In this document: positions 48,579 through 58,038 of the stretch, piece by piece | Numbering within the stretch: position 1 is the first letter of the stretch | How the letters are laid out: each line of letters starts with the position of its first letter | IMG/VR virus record: IMGVR_UViG_3300027847_001698 | DNA: 64,000 nucleotides | Direction: 5' to 3' (one strand) | From: a virus | Lineage: Duplodnaviria; Caudoviricetes | Made by a program: the position numbers and the translations under genes | The notes under the pieces: model-generated | Told to the model about the DNA's origin: nothing | The model's input: only the letters and a program-made list of their open reading frames with translations | Database searches by the model: none

Positions 48579-49811
48579 CTATAGTTGTAATAATCTATTT
48601 ATTTTTTCGTGTGCCTGTTCAAAATCAATATTATTGAAACAAGGGGACATTCCATTATCATTAAATGGACATGGGGTATGACCATGTAAACAACAGTATC
48701 GCCCACCATAACTACATACATCACTTGGCTTAGGTTCTATGTAATCAACATTATCATATAAACTAACTCGTATATGACCAGGAAATGGACCATACAATGA
48801 AAATGCAGGAACCCCCAATGCAGCAGATAAATGTACAAACGATGAATCTGGTGTTATAACCATTTTAGAATGGGCTATAATACTAACAGCAATAGCTATC
48901 GTTGAACTTAACTTTGATATGTTATATACATTCTTTCTTAAATCAGGAGGGATAGTTGCTTCAATAAACTTATCCATCTGTTCTTTTAAATCTGGTCTGT
49001 CAACTATGACTATAGTTCTACCTTGTTCTAATAATGGAGTTAAAATATTCTTCCAGCATAGCAATGAAGGAGTTCTAATAGGTGACGAAGCTCGTATCTG
49101 AACTCCTATAAATTCACCTGCGGTTATACCCATCTCTTTCAGTTTAGCAGCTACAATGTCGTTATTTTCAGTTTTAGTGTACTGTATGGGTTTTAATTCA
49201 TTATCCGGTATATCAAGTCCCATCCACCTTGAAAATAGTTTATATGCATTTACTTTCTTAGCTTCATTGCATCGCTCTATGACTCCTTCAAATGTTACAT
49301 GATAATCTGCTTTCTGAAAGTAGTTATAATCAATTGGTAGGTGGACCAACTCATCTATACATTCCCAATTATCAACTAATGAAAAGTAATTAGGAGCACA
49401 CGAGAAGATTATGTGACAGCTAGGATATTTCTTTTTGAGATAGTATAGATTAGGCTGGATAAACATCAAGTCACCTATTCCTCCAGTTCTCCACACCAAT
49501 ATTGATTTGTTAGTTAAATCTTGTCCATTGTATGGACGATATATATCTTTGAATTTAACCTTGGAAGGTTCTAAACATTCATCCCCATTAGGATCTTGTT
49601 TTAATCTATCATACAAATAGATAGACATTACCTTTGATGTTCCTTTTGTGAATTTATGCTTTGCAAATCTATCTATTGAAAATTCAAATGTGACTTTAGA
49701 TGTTCCTATAACCATACCTGGGGTAGATTTTCGCAACTCTTCAATATTATCATACATAGTAGTAACATCGCTATGGACAATACCTAACTCAGTTAATAAT
49801 TTAGGATCCAA
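48579..49811 (-). CDS. Glycosyltransferase family 9 (heptosyltransferase-like)
   Basis: RTGGIGDLMFIQP, ITPDSSFVHLSAALGVPAFSLYGP, and a C-terminal Cys cluster. Confidence 0.8.
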   Translation of the reverse strand: MDPKLLTELGIVHSDVTTMYDNIEELRKSTPGMVIGTSKVTFEFSIDRFAKHKFTKGTSKVMSIYLYDRLKQDPNGDECLEPSKVKFKDIYRPYNGQDLTNKSILVWRTGGIGDLMFIQPNLYYLKKKYPSCHIIFSCAPNYFSLVDNWECIDELVHLPIDYNYFQKADYHVTFEGVIERCNEAKKVNAYKLFSRWMGLDIPDNELKPIQYTKTENNDIVAAKLKEMGITAGEFIGVQIRASSPIRTPSLLCWKNILTPLLEQGRTIVIVDRPDLKEQMDKFIEATIPPDLRKNVYNISKLSSTIAIAVSIIAHSKMVITPDSSFVHLSAALGVPAFSLYGPFPGHIRVSLYDNVDYIEPKPSDVCSYGGRYCCLHGHTPCPFNDNGMSPCFNNIDFEQAHEKINRLLQL

Positions 49812-49813
49812 TT

Positions 49814-50158
49814 CTAATTTTTCCTCAGGTTCAATATTAATTCAGTTTGCTTATGTAATATAGAATCGTGTAAACAATTCAAGGTAGTTGAATCAAACAG
49901 AGTAACTGCTCTTCTACCAGCCTTCTCCAAAAAATCAAAATATTGAGTTATATGGGTTTCTACTTCCTCCATTTGAGAGATCGGATTCAATAACGATAAA
50001 GATATAGCTTTTATAATCGAATCATTTCCTTCACGGTATAACTCTTTCTTATCTTTGTTATCTAATATTTTAGATCTACTTCCTATCTTTGAAATCTTCC
50101 TAAGAAGTATTCTCTTAGTTTTTCTGTAACTTCCAACTTCAATTTTAATTTTTGCCAT
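49814..50158 (-). CDS. Hypothetical protein
   Basis: First gene of the long leftward block. Confidence 0.6.
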   Translation of the reverse strand: MAKIKIEVGSYRKTKRILLRKISKIGSRSKILDNKDKKELYREGNDSIIKAISLSLLNPISQMEEVETHITQYFDFLEKAGRRAVTLFDSTTLNCLHDSILHKQTELILNLRKN

Positions 50159-50368
50159 TTACTCATTTATTCTTTATATAAGTAACAGTATCTTATTTGT
50201 GAGTATAAAAAGATATATTATATATATTAATAATTGGAATACTTCTTATGTAGTATTCTGTGGTGGTAGCTGGTGGGATTTTTATTATCAATATTATTTA
50301 GAACATATTTAAAGAAGGTTCATCAACGATACAGCCTTCAAAAAGAAACTAAAAAAAGGAAACACAAA

Positions 50369-50596
50369 ATGGAAAGCAACGAACAAGTACCAGTACCAGT
50401 AGCGGAAGTAGAACTAGATGCATATGATTCAACTATTTCATCACTACAAGGCAAGTTCACTGCATTCGTAACTGAAGCTCAATCCGGAAAAGGAAAAAAA
50501 GCCTCTGCTCTTAGAGCAAGAAAACTAAGTCTCGAACTTAGAAAGGATCTACAAGAATTCAGATCAGCTTCAGTTACTAACGATAAAGCACACTAA
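50369..50596 (+). CDS. Small histone H1-like (Hc1-type) DNA-binding protein
   Basis: AAGGA RBS then MESNEQ...; GKKASALRARKLSLELRKDLQEFRSAS resembles the GNKAAGxRARKxSLEL...FRKxS signature of short bacterial H1-like proteins. Confidence 0.7.
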   Translation: MESNEQVPVPVAEVELDAYDSTISSLQGKFTAFVTEAQSGKGKKASALRARKLSLELRKDLQEFRSASVTNDKAH

Positions 50597-50611
50597 GATT
50601 TTATTTTTTAG

Positions 50612-50656
50612 TAAAAAAAAAGCGACTTAGGAATAACCCCCTAAGTCGCTTCTTTC
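50612..50656. terminator. Bidirectional intrinsic terminator between convergent genes
   Basis: A9-AGCGACTTAGG-loop-CCTAAGTCGCT-TCTTTC. Confidence 0.85.
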
Positions 50657-50666
50657 ACGTCTTGGA

Positions 50667-51203
50667 CTACTCTGGTGACTTCATCAACTTGATTCCGAAC
50701 ACTTGTTGGGCATCGGTGATGAACGAGGTCACCGCAGCATCCCGTGCACTCAAATGCAAAGCACGAAGTCTATCAATTTGATCATCGATTTGATGGAGGG
50801 CTGTTGCGTATTGTGTCGGCGTTGTCGCTGCCTCCACATCATGCTGAAGCATGTCGAATTCAGTACGACGTGACTTCGGAGGTGTGGGGGTAGATGACGG
50901 AGTAGCCACCACCATCTCCTCCACATCCAAATCAATCAGATGCGAAACATCCATATGACGTTTTCCCTTGATCCGGTTCTTTCCCTTGTTTCCTTTCTTC
51001 CACCTTTGCCTATCAATGGTGGTTATCCCGAGGATGTTGCAAATATTCGTCGACCGCATCGTGGGATATATGGTCGCGATTGCATTGTACTGCCCCAAAA
51101 GAATTCCCTTCTGATCTTCGGACCACATCCGGGAAATTCCTGAACGCTTCTTCTTCATACTGATCGGACCCAAAATAAGGTCCTGTTGGACGTTGATGGT
51201 CAT
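50667..51203 (-). CDS. Hypothetical protein, GC-rich relative to the genome
   Basis: GAGAGGGA RBS, basic N-terminal half, helical C-terminal half; ends at a strong terminator. Confidence 0.7.
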   Translation of the reverse strand: MTINVQQDLILGPISMKKKRSGISRMWSEDQKGILLGQYNAIATIYPTMRSTNICNILGITTIDRQRWKKGNKGKNRIKGKRHMDVSHLIDLDVEEMVVATPSSTPTPPKSRRTEFDMLQHDVEAATTPTQYATALHQIDDQIDRLRALHLSARDAAVTSFITDAQQVFGIKLMKSPE

Positions 51204-51236
51204 GATGTTCCCTCTCTGTAGAGATGTTTTTTGTGA

Positions 51237-51269
51237 AGGATGAAACTAAAGACCAAATAGTTTCATCCT
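51237..51269. promoter_or_regulatory. Perfect 12-bp inverted repeat in the divergent region upstream of the polymerase gene
   Basis: AGGATGAAACTA-(9 nt)-TAGTTTCATCCT; operator or leader hairpin. Confidence 0.5.
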
Positions 51270-51356
51270 GATTTAAAAGATATATATATAGTACAGATTA
51301 CTCATAAAACAAGAATTTATTTTAGAAATAAGGAATAACAGTTAAAGGAGCTTTTA

Positions 51357-54300
51357 ATGTATAAAATTACCAGCAGTCATGCTGATTGTAACAATTGCGA
51401 ATTACTAGATTGCGCGTCCGCCACATCTGATACCAACTGCAAGGATAACTTAAAGTCAGTAAACGTATTTATTGTTTCAGAAAATCCAAGTAAGGAAGAT
51501 ACCATCGGGGGGACATGCCTAGGTATAACATATCCACCCGGAACCCCATTGATAGGCAAAGGTGGAAAATTATTCAGGGAAGTATTTAATGATACAATTA
51601 TCCCTTTAAATATTAATTATTTTATTACAAACATGGTGTTGTGTCATAGTACGAAACCAGATGAATCTCCACAATCAAAGATTGCACATACAGAACATTG
51701 CAAACCAAACATGTTAAAAATGTTAGAGGTATGTGAACCTGATTTAATCATTTCATTAGGCGCAAATCCAATGAAAACATTTGGTATTCACGGAGGAGTA
51801 ACCAGTAATAACGGAAGAATGTTTTCATACACACACGAAGGAAAACAATATCCAGTATTAGTTGCAACTTCCCCTAATTATATTGACAAGAAAGGTGGAC
51901 TGAACTCTGAAGCTGGAGATGAATTCATATTGGCATTTAAAAATGCAGCAGCATTCTTAAATGGAGAGGAAATAGACGATGGGGCCGAAGAATCAGAAGG
52001 CCAGAAACATTTATTCAATATTGATCCTAAATATTACAGCGAAGATTACAGACTTGTAGATATTCAATATATCGCAAGACAACAAAAATTGATATTCATC
52101 TTTAGAGATAAAGATAATAATAAAATCTTCTATGAACAAGATCAACAAGATAAAAACTACTACTGGTACACTAATAATTCAGAGGGAAAGTTAATTGAAT
52201 CATTTGAAGATTTAACTCTTAGAGTTGGCAATTATAAGCAACGTGGATTAACCAGTAACTGCTATGAATCAGATATTAGACTACCTGAAAAACATGCAAT
52301 AGATTATTATATCCAATCAAAAGGAGAATGCAGTATTGAAAAACAAAATATTTTATTTTTTGATATTGAAGTCTATACTTATGACTATAAGGGTTTTCCT
52401 GGCGTACAAAAGGCCGAATGGCCAGTAAATGCTATTTCGTTTGCTTTAGATGATGACGATACAGAGATGTACCTTTACCATATTGAAGGGAGAATTGATT
52501 CACGGATAGAAGACGAAAAAGATAAATATCCAACTTTAAAAATCTTCAAAAGTGAAAATCAAATGTTAGAAGCATTTATAAAACGTATTCATGAATTGGA
52601 ACCAGATTATATTGTTGGATGGAATAGCATCCGTTTCGATATGAGTTATTTATATCAACGAATGATGAACATAAAAGTCAAGTTCAACAATATGTCCCCC
52701 TTCAAAAGTACATGGGTAGATGCAGAAAAGGGAAAATGTGATGTAACGGGTTATATATGTTATGACATGTTACAGTTATACAAAAACTTAACATATATAA
52801 ATGAGCCTAGTTATAAATTAGATAGTATTGCACAAAAGGTACTCAAGACTAATAAAATAGAATACACTGGCAGTTTAAATCATATTTATGAAAATGATAT
52901 TGCGACATTCTTAAAATATTATGCGACTGACACGGATCTTCTAAAAGGTCTTGATAAAGCATTAGGTCATGTTGCATTACAAGACGAGTTGAGACGAGCA
53001 GCAACAACAACTCACCATGGAGCAAATTCTACGACTGGACTTGCAGATGGGTTATTCAATTATGCATTGAAGACTGATGGATATGTAATGAAGAATTCCA
53101 GTAAGGGTTATAAAGAATCTATTATAGGTGCATATGTAAGAGATCCAATAGGTGGAGTATATGATTGGGTAATTGATTTTGATTATACTAGTTTGTATCC
53201 ATCTATCATCTGTTCATTTAACATTGGACCGAATACATGGTTGGCTAAAATCAATCCAACGTTGGCACACGATTACACCTATAAAACAGATGAAGTAACC
53301 GATAAGACGTTTGACATAACACTTGATCCCCTGTATAACCCCACAGTTGAACAATGGTCCTATGACACGTTTACAGCGTTTATAAAGGAACGTAATGCCA
53401 TTATAACCCCATCGGGTTGCATATTTAAAAATCACACAGAAGAGAAATCTATTTTCTATAAAATCATCAAAACCTTATTCCAAAAGAGAAAGGAATATAA
53501 AACCTTGATGTTTCAGTGTAAAGAATCTGGAGATTCATCAAATCAACAGATCTTTGATAATAGACAAATGGCATACAAGATTTTATTGAATAGTTTATAT
53601 GGCGTTTTGGCACAAGAATACTTTCGATTTTTTAATCTCGATTTAGCATCAACTGTTACATTATCAGGTAGAGAGTTAATTAGATTTGCTGGAGAACATG
53701 TAGATAATTGGATGATAGATGATACTAATACTGATATTAACTGTAACTTCAATGAAGATGTAGATAGTCAGAAGGAGTATTTCAAATATGCAGATACTGA
53801 TTCAGTATTCTTGCACGTTCAGCCTTATTTAGAAAAAAAGGGGCTTCCTGTTGACAAGGAAACAATCGTAGATGAAGCATTAAAAATTCAAACGTATCTA
53901 AATATCGAATTACTTCCAAGATATGCAATAATTCATAATATTGATCCTGTTGAAAGTATGTTTGAGTTAAAAAACGAATTGATATGTAGACGATATTACA
54001 CGTTGAGCACTAAAAAGAAATATGCTTTACATGTAGTTGTAAATGAAGGAGTAGATACAGATGAGGTTGATATTAAAGGTCTAGAAATAAAACGATCTGA
54101 TTATTCAGTGTTAACAAAAACAATGTTAACTAAAATATTAGATATGATTATAAGACCTGAAGGTCAACCAGATATTGATAAAATATTAGATTACGTTAGT
54201 GAGACTAAAACGTATGCAACTCAGTTAGCTATTGATGGCAATGCTGATTTATTCAAGAAAGTATCATTCAACAAACCATTAGAAGAATATAAAAATACTC

Positions 54301-54623
54301 CTCAACACATCAAAGGTATGTTAATATGGAATGCTCTAGAATATGAGTATTTCCAATTAGGTAGCACAGGTATCTTATATCCTCTAAAATCATTTGAATT
54401 ATTTAATGCACCAGATGAGATTCAAGATAACTTCCAGAATTTATTTCTAAAGAAGTTTGAGCAAAAGGATTTAGATGTTATTGTTCTCCCAGAGGACGTT
54501 GATTCATTACCTGATTACTACGGAGTAGATGTAAATAAAATTGTAGATTTTTCAGTTAATGATCGTGCTGATATATTATTGGAGCCACTAGTCAAAAAGA
54601 CAGATGACTTATTATTATGGTAA
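51357..54623 (+). CDS. polB: Family B DNA polymerase with N-terminal family-4 uracil-DNA-glycosylase-like domain
   Basis: Exo motifs FFDIEV, VGWNSIRFD, YYATD; Pol motifs DFDYTSLYPS, KILLNSLYG, YADTDS. aa 1-~203 align by eye to UDG4 (CxxC, SENP, PLIGKGG, FITN..LC, HC, LGA). C-terminal DDLLLW is a clamp-binding-like peptide. Confidence 0.95.
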   Translation: MYKITSSHADCNNCELLDCASATSDTNCKDNLKSVNVFIVSENPSKEDTIGGTCLGITYPPGTPLIGKGGKLFREVFNDTIIPLNINYFITNMVLCHSTKPDESPQSKIAHTEHCKPNMLKMLEVCEPDLIISLGANPMKTFGIHGGVTSNNGRMFSYTHEGKQYPVLVATSPNYIDKKGGLNSEAGDEFILAFKNAAAFLNGEEIDDGAEESEGQKHLFNIDPKYYSEDYRLVDIQYIARQQKLIFIFRDKDNNKIFYEQDQQDKNYYWYTNNSEGKLIESFEDLTLRVGNYKQRGLTSNCYESDIRLPEKHAIDYYIQSKGECSIEKQNILFFDIEVYTYDYKGFPGVQKAEWPVNAISFALDDDDTEMYLYHIEGRIDSRIEDEKDKYPTLKIFKSENQMLEAFIKRIHELEPDYIVGWNSIRFDMSYLYQRMMNIKVKFNNMSPFKSTWVDAEKGKCDVTGYICYDMLQLYKNLTYINEPSYKLDSIAQKVLKTNKIEYTGSLNHIYENDIATFLKYYATDTDLLKGLDKALGHVALQDELRRAATTTHHGANSTTGLADGLFNYALKTDGYVMKNSSKGYKESIIGAYVRDPIGGVYDWVIDFDYTSLYPSIICSFNIGPNTWLAKINPTLAHDYTYKTDEVTDKTFDITLDPLYNPTVEQWSYDTFTAFIKERNAIITPSGCIFKNHTEEKSIFYKIIKTLFQKRKEYKTLMFQCKESGDSSNQQIFDNRQMAYKILLNSLYGVLAQEYFRFFNLDLASTVTLSGRELIRFAGEHVDNWMIDDTNTDINCNFNEDVDSQKEYFKYADTDSVFLHVQPYLEKKGLPVDKETIVDEALKIQTYLNIELLPRYAIIHNIDPVESMFELKNELICRRYYTLSTKKKYALHVVVNEGVDTDEVDIKGLEIKRSDYSVLTKTMLTKILDMIIRPEGQPDIDKILDYVSETKTYATQLAIDGNADLFKKVSFNKPLEEYKNTPQHIKGMLIWNALEYEYFQLGSTGILYPLKSFELFNAPDEIQDNFQNLFLKKFEQKDLDVIVLPEDVDSLPDYYGVDVNKIVDFSVNDRADILLEPLVKKTDDLLLW

Positions 54624-54735
54624 CACCTATGGAAGACCGAACAAGATTTAGAAAAATTAAAAAAGAGTTAGATATGAAACAATAGAATGAACGGATACAC
54701 CCATAGGGAAGAGTATCTATACATAAAAGGTAATT

Positions 54736-55134
54736 ATGGACATATTGAAAACATACAAGTTAAAAAAGGGGAAGTATAAAGATATACCCATTATAGAAGT
54801 ACCGAGATGGTATCTAAAATGGGCATTAGAAAAGTGGGATGAATGTGAAGACACAACAATGTGTGCAACTGTATTATCTTTAGATAATAAACGAAACAAA
54901 CCACTAAATAATATAACTGAAGAGTGTATGTGTACTATGAATGACATGGATGGAATTGTTTTATTTCATGGAAAAATATCAGAACTACAAACAGAAATCT
55001 TTGGTAATGATAAAAGTCTTAGAATGGAAAAGCCAGGATTGATAACTAAATGTGCATTTCCAGACAGAGACCCATATGGTACTAATGAAAAATATGCGAC
55101 TTTAAGTATAACACCAATAATGACAAAAAAATGA
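54736..55134 (+). CDS. Hypothetical protein with DUF3820-like N-terminus
   Basis: LKKGKYKDIPIIEVPRWYLKW resembles the (F)GKYKG..I.EVP..YL.W motif. Confidence 0.55.
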   Translation: MDILKTYKLKKGKYKDIPIIEVPRWYLKWALEKWDECEDTTMCATVLSLDNKRNKPLNNITEECMCTMNDMDGIVLFHGKISELQTEIFGNDKSLRMEKPGLITKCAFPDRDPYGTNEKYATLSITPIMTKK

Positions 55135-55400
55135 CTAATAAGATAGTTAGATCTGTTTATAAATCGAAAGAACAAAAAAACGAGGATCGATTATTTGGAA
55201 TTAGGATACTCTACCATAATACGATAGTATCATTGGAGACTAATCCATTTCAAGTCTCATCCTTCCCTATAAGGGATGAGTAGTGATCATATTAATAATA
55301 CTAATATTGATCACTGCCTTTTAACTCTCAATAGTTTTTGGGGTTCTAACATAACATAACATAAGAATAATTAATTGAAGTTAAGGAGATTTTATAGTCC

Positions 55401-56097
55401 TATGAGACTAATTGGGTATTCAAGTGGGGCACTAGCTAAAGGGAAATTCAACGTTGCAATTGATATGTTAAATAAACATAAAAATGTTACAGCAATTGAA
55501 TTATCCGCTCTATTATACTCTGAACTAAAAACATTAATAGATGCAATTCATACATTAAATTTATCAAAATATGAATACATATCCATACATGGTCCCAAAT
55601 TTGAAAATGAAACAGAGGAAGAAATAACAGTAGAAACATTACTTCCTCTAATAGATTTAAATTGGAATATTATATTACATCCAGATGTGATATGTGATAT
55701 TAATAAATGGAAAGTATTTGGGAAATTACTATGTATTGAAAATATGGATAATAAAAAATCATTTGGCCAAACAGCAGAAGAATTACAAACCATATTTGAA
55801 GAGTTACCAGATGCGTCAATGTGTTTCGATATAGGCCATGCCTTTCAAGTAGATCCTACAATGAAAGAAGCAAAGAAAATTCTATGGATGCACGGTCACA
55901 GATTACAAGAAATTCATATGAGTTATGTAAAACCAGATGGTAGTCATAATCCTTTATCAGTTCAATGTTACAAGCAATACCAATTAGTAGCTAGATATAT
56001 AACAGAAGATATACCAATAATATTAGAATCTGGAATAGAAGCTAATAAAATACAAGATGAACTTAAAACCGCTCATAAGTATTTAAAAATAAAATAA
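55401..56097 (+). CDS. Xylose-isomerase-like TIM barrel (AP endonuclease 2 superfamily)
   Basis: IELS, IHGP, LHPD, IENMD, FDIGHA, EIHMS, ILES metal-ligand pattern. Start set at the ATG at 55401 behind AAGGAG. Confidence 0.7.
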
Positions 56098-56698
56098 ATC
56101 TAATCTTTTAACTTTTAAAAGAATGTTTTTATTTTAAATAAGAACAACAAACAATTGCTACAATGGTATGTTGAATATTATTCTCAAGTCGTTAGACAAT
56201 TCAACAGTAAATAGTCCTAAGCAATCAATGGATGTCAGTTTTTTTAGTTCCGAAAGGAACTTAGGATGTTTCTGGCCTTGGAAATAATCACCCAAGTATT
56301 AAAACCAAAAAAATAACCTGAATAAATAGGCCAAAGTAATTTCTATCGGGTCAGAGAAAGATTCGATGCGTCAGCTTTAATTCCTGCACTGAAAATCAGA
56401 TGGAAGGTCAAGTCATTTTAATCGGATGGTGGCGCGATCGGAGGGAGGGCGTAGCCCTCCGATTAGCCCAAGTTCAAATATCCTATTAACACCTGAAGAT
56501 TAAATATTAATCAAATAATCAAGCAAAAACAGAAGAGCGCGGAACGCCAGTGGATGTGCCTCTACTGGAGCTAGAAGTTCAGAAAGAATCCAATTAAAGG
56601 GGAAAAAAAGGAAGTTAATTAAAGAGAAATTCGTCAAGATCCAAGTGCCCCAGGAAGGCAGTCCTGACGGACAGCTTCCCTCCTAGGTCTCAGATAAA

Positions 56699-57037
56699 TC
56701 AATATTCTTTGATTTCTTCTTTCAATTGAATATTATTAGATTGTGAGTTAATAACCTTTTGAACCCTTAAGATTACTAACTTCTGACAGATTACAAAGAT
56801 GACAATTAATAATATTTCAAATGTAATCTTCTTCCATGTATAAATATCAAAGATACAAGTTAAGATAATCAATGAAAGGGATATAAGTGACAACCCCATT
56901 ACATATTTAAATATTATCAATCCTATAAATTCTTTTTTAATTGTAAATGGTGAAGGGATAATATCCCATCCAACTGTAAAAGTTGATACTCCCATTAATA
57001 TGCATCCTACTGCAAGAAAAAGAGTTAAAACATCCAT
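56699..57037 (-). CDS. Hypothetical membrane protein
   Basis: Three hydrophobic segments. Confidence 0.5.
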   Translation of the reverse strand: MDVLTLFLAVGCILMGVSTFTVGWDIIPSPFTIKKEFIGLIIFKYVMGLSLISLSLIILTCIFDIYTWKKITFEILLIVIFVICQKLVILRVQKVINSQSNNIQLKEEIKEY

Positions 57038-57217
57038 TTTTTTTGATTCCGATTAGTGTTAGAAATGATTAGAACTATTTTAAAGTTCTAATTGTGAGAT
57101 GAAGGAGATAATATTCAATAAACTTCCTTCGGTCGAATTACCCTCTTATTTTCCTACCCGGTGGGGAAACCCTTCGGGTTTATCCTGTCCTTCGGATAGA
57201 TAAGTTTATCTTGATCT

Positions 57218-57562
57218 TTAAGTTACGAGGTTAAATATTATTAATGATATAAATGATATAATTACATATCCAATAGAAGCCTGAAATGCAGGTTCGCTTT
57301 TTCTAATAGTTGAATCATGATATGTTGCACCAGCCAGAAATGCGAATCCAATAGATATGATATGAGACATAAAAATAATTACAAATGATACTATCTTTAA
57401 GGGATAAATTATCATTGCAAGTATGACGAGTACCACACATGCTGTATTTGTCCCTTTTAATTTTTCAGTGTTTGATTGGTATAAATATCCAGCTGTTGCA
57501 GAACACCCAACTGATACTATTACTAATACCATAGTGATAAGTAAAGATGATAAAATAATCAT
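57218..57562 (-). CDS. Hypothetical membrane protein
   Basis: Almost entirely hydrophobic, 3-4 TM segments. Confidence 0.5.
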   Translation of the reverse strand: MIILSSLLITMVLVIVSVGCSATAGYLYQSNTEKLKGTNTACVVLVILAMIIYPLKIVSFVIIFMSHIISIGFAFLAGATYHDSTIRKSEPAFQASIGYVIISFISLIIFNLVT

Positions 57563-58038
57563 TTGATTTCCAGATTGAGTGTTATAGATTCAGAAGAAGT
57601 GGAATCTAAAAATATATAGAAGTTCTGACAATAGGCTAAGTAATATCAAAACTCTTACATTCTCTAATTTTATTAAAGACCACAAGTTAATCAATTCTTA
57701 GATTTTTATTTGGATCTTAAGTTTAGAAATTATCTGATTTGTTATAGATATTTTTATTTAAATTAAGGCTTATTAATCTTCCTGTTTTAAAAGATAACAT
57801 ATCTTCTTTGGTAACTACTATCCAATTTAGTGTCTATCATATACTGATGTATGGGATGTCATCATTTGTGAGATTCATTAGTTGATACGCACCCTGATGT
57901 AATAACAAGTATGATTATTATGAATAGATGTCTCATGAATAAAGATTCATGTTGGGATAGATTGTTAATTCAAAAATTAATATATATAGATAAGAATTCA
58001 TTTACTTATATGAGAATAAACAATAAAGGAAATTATAT

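Noticed and set aside
836-54000. Many opposite-strand ORFs in the track (e.g. 836-1222, 4054-4440, 17471-17962, 29821-30219, 33998-34357)
   Set aside because: They lie antisense to well-supported genes and have no motifs; treated as shadow ORFs.
56460-56485. GTTCAAAT resembling a tRNA T-loop
   Set aside because: The flanks do not form a T-stem and no cloverleaf can be built. No tRNA was recognised anywhere in the window.
57563-58038. Possible lipoprotein-like ORF (MRHLFIIIILVITSGC...) on the minus strand
   Set aside because: It terminates after 24 codons at tandem TGA stops with no credible continuation; at most a decayed remnant.
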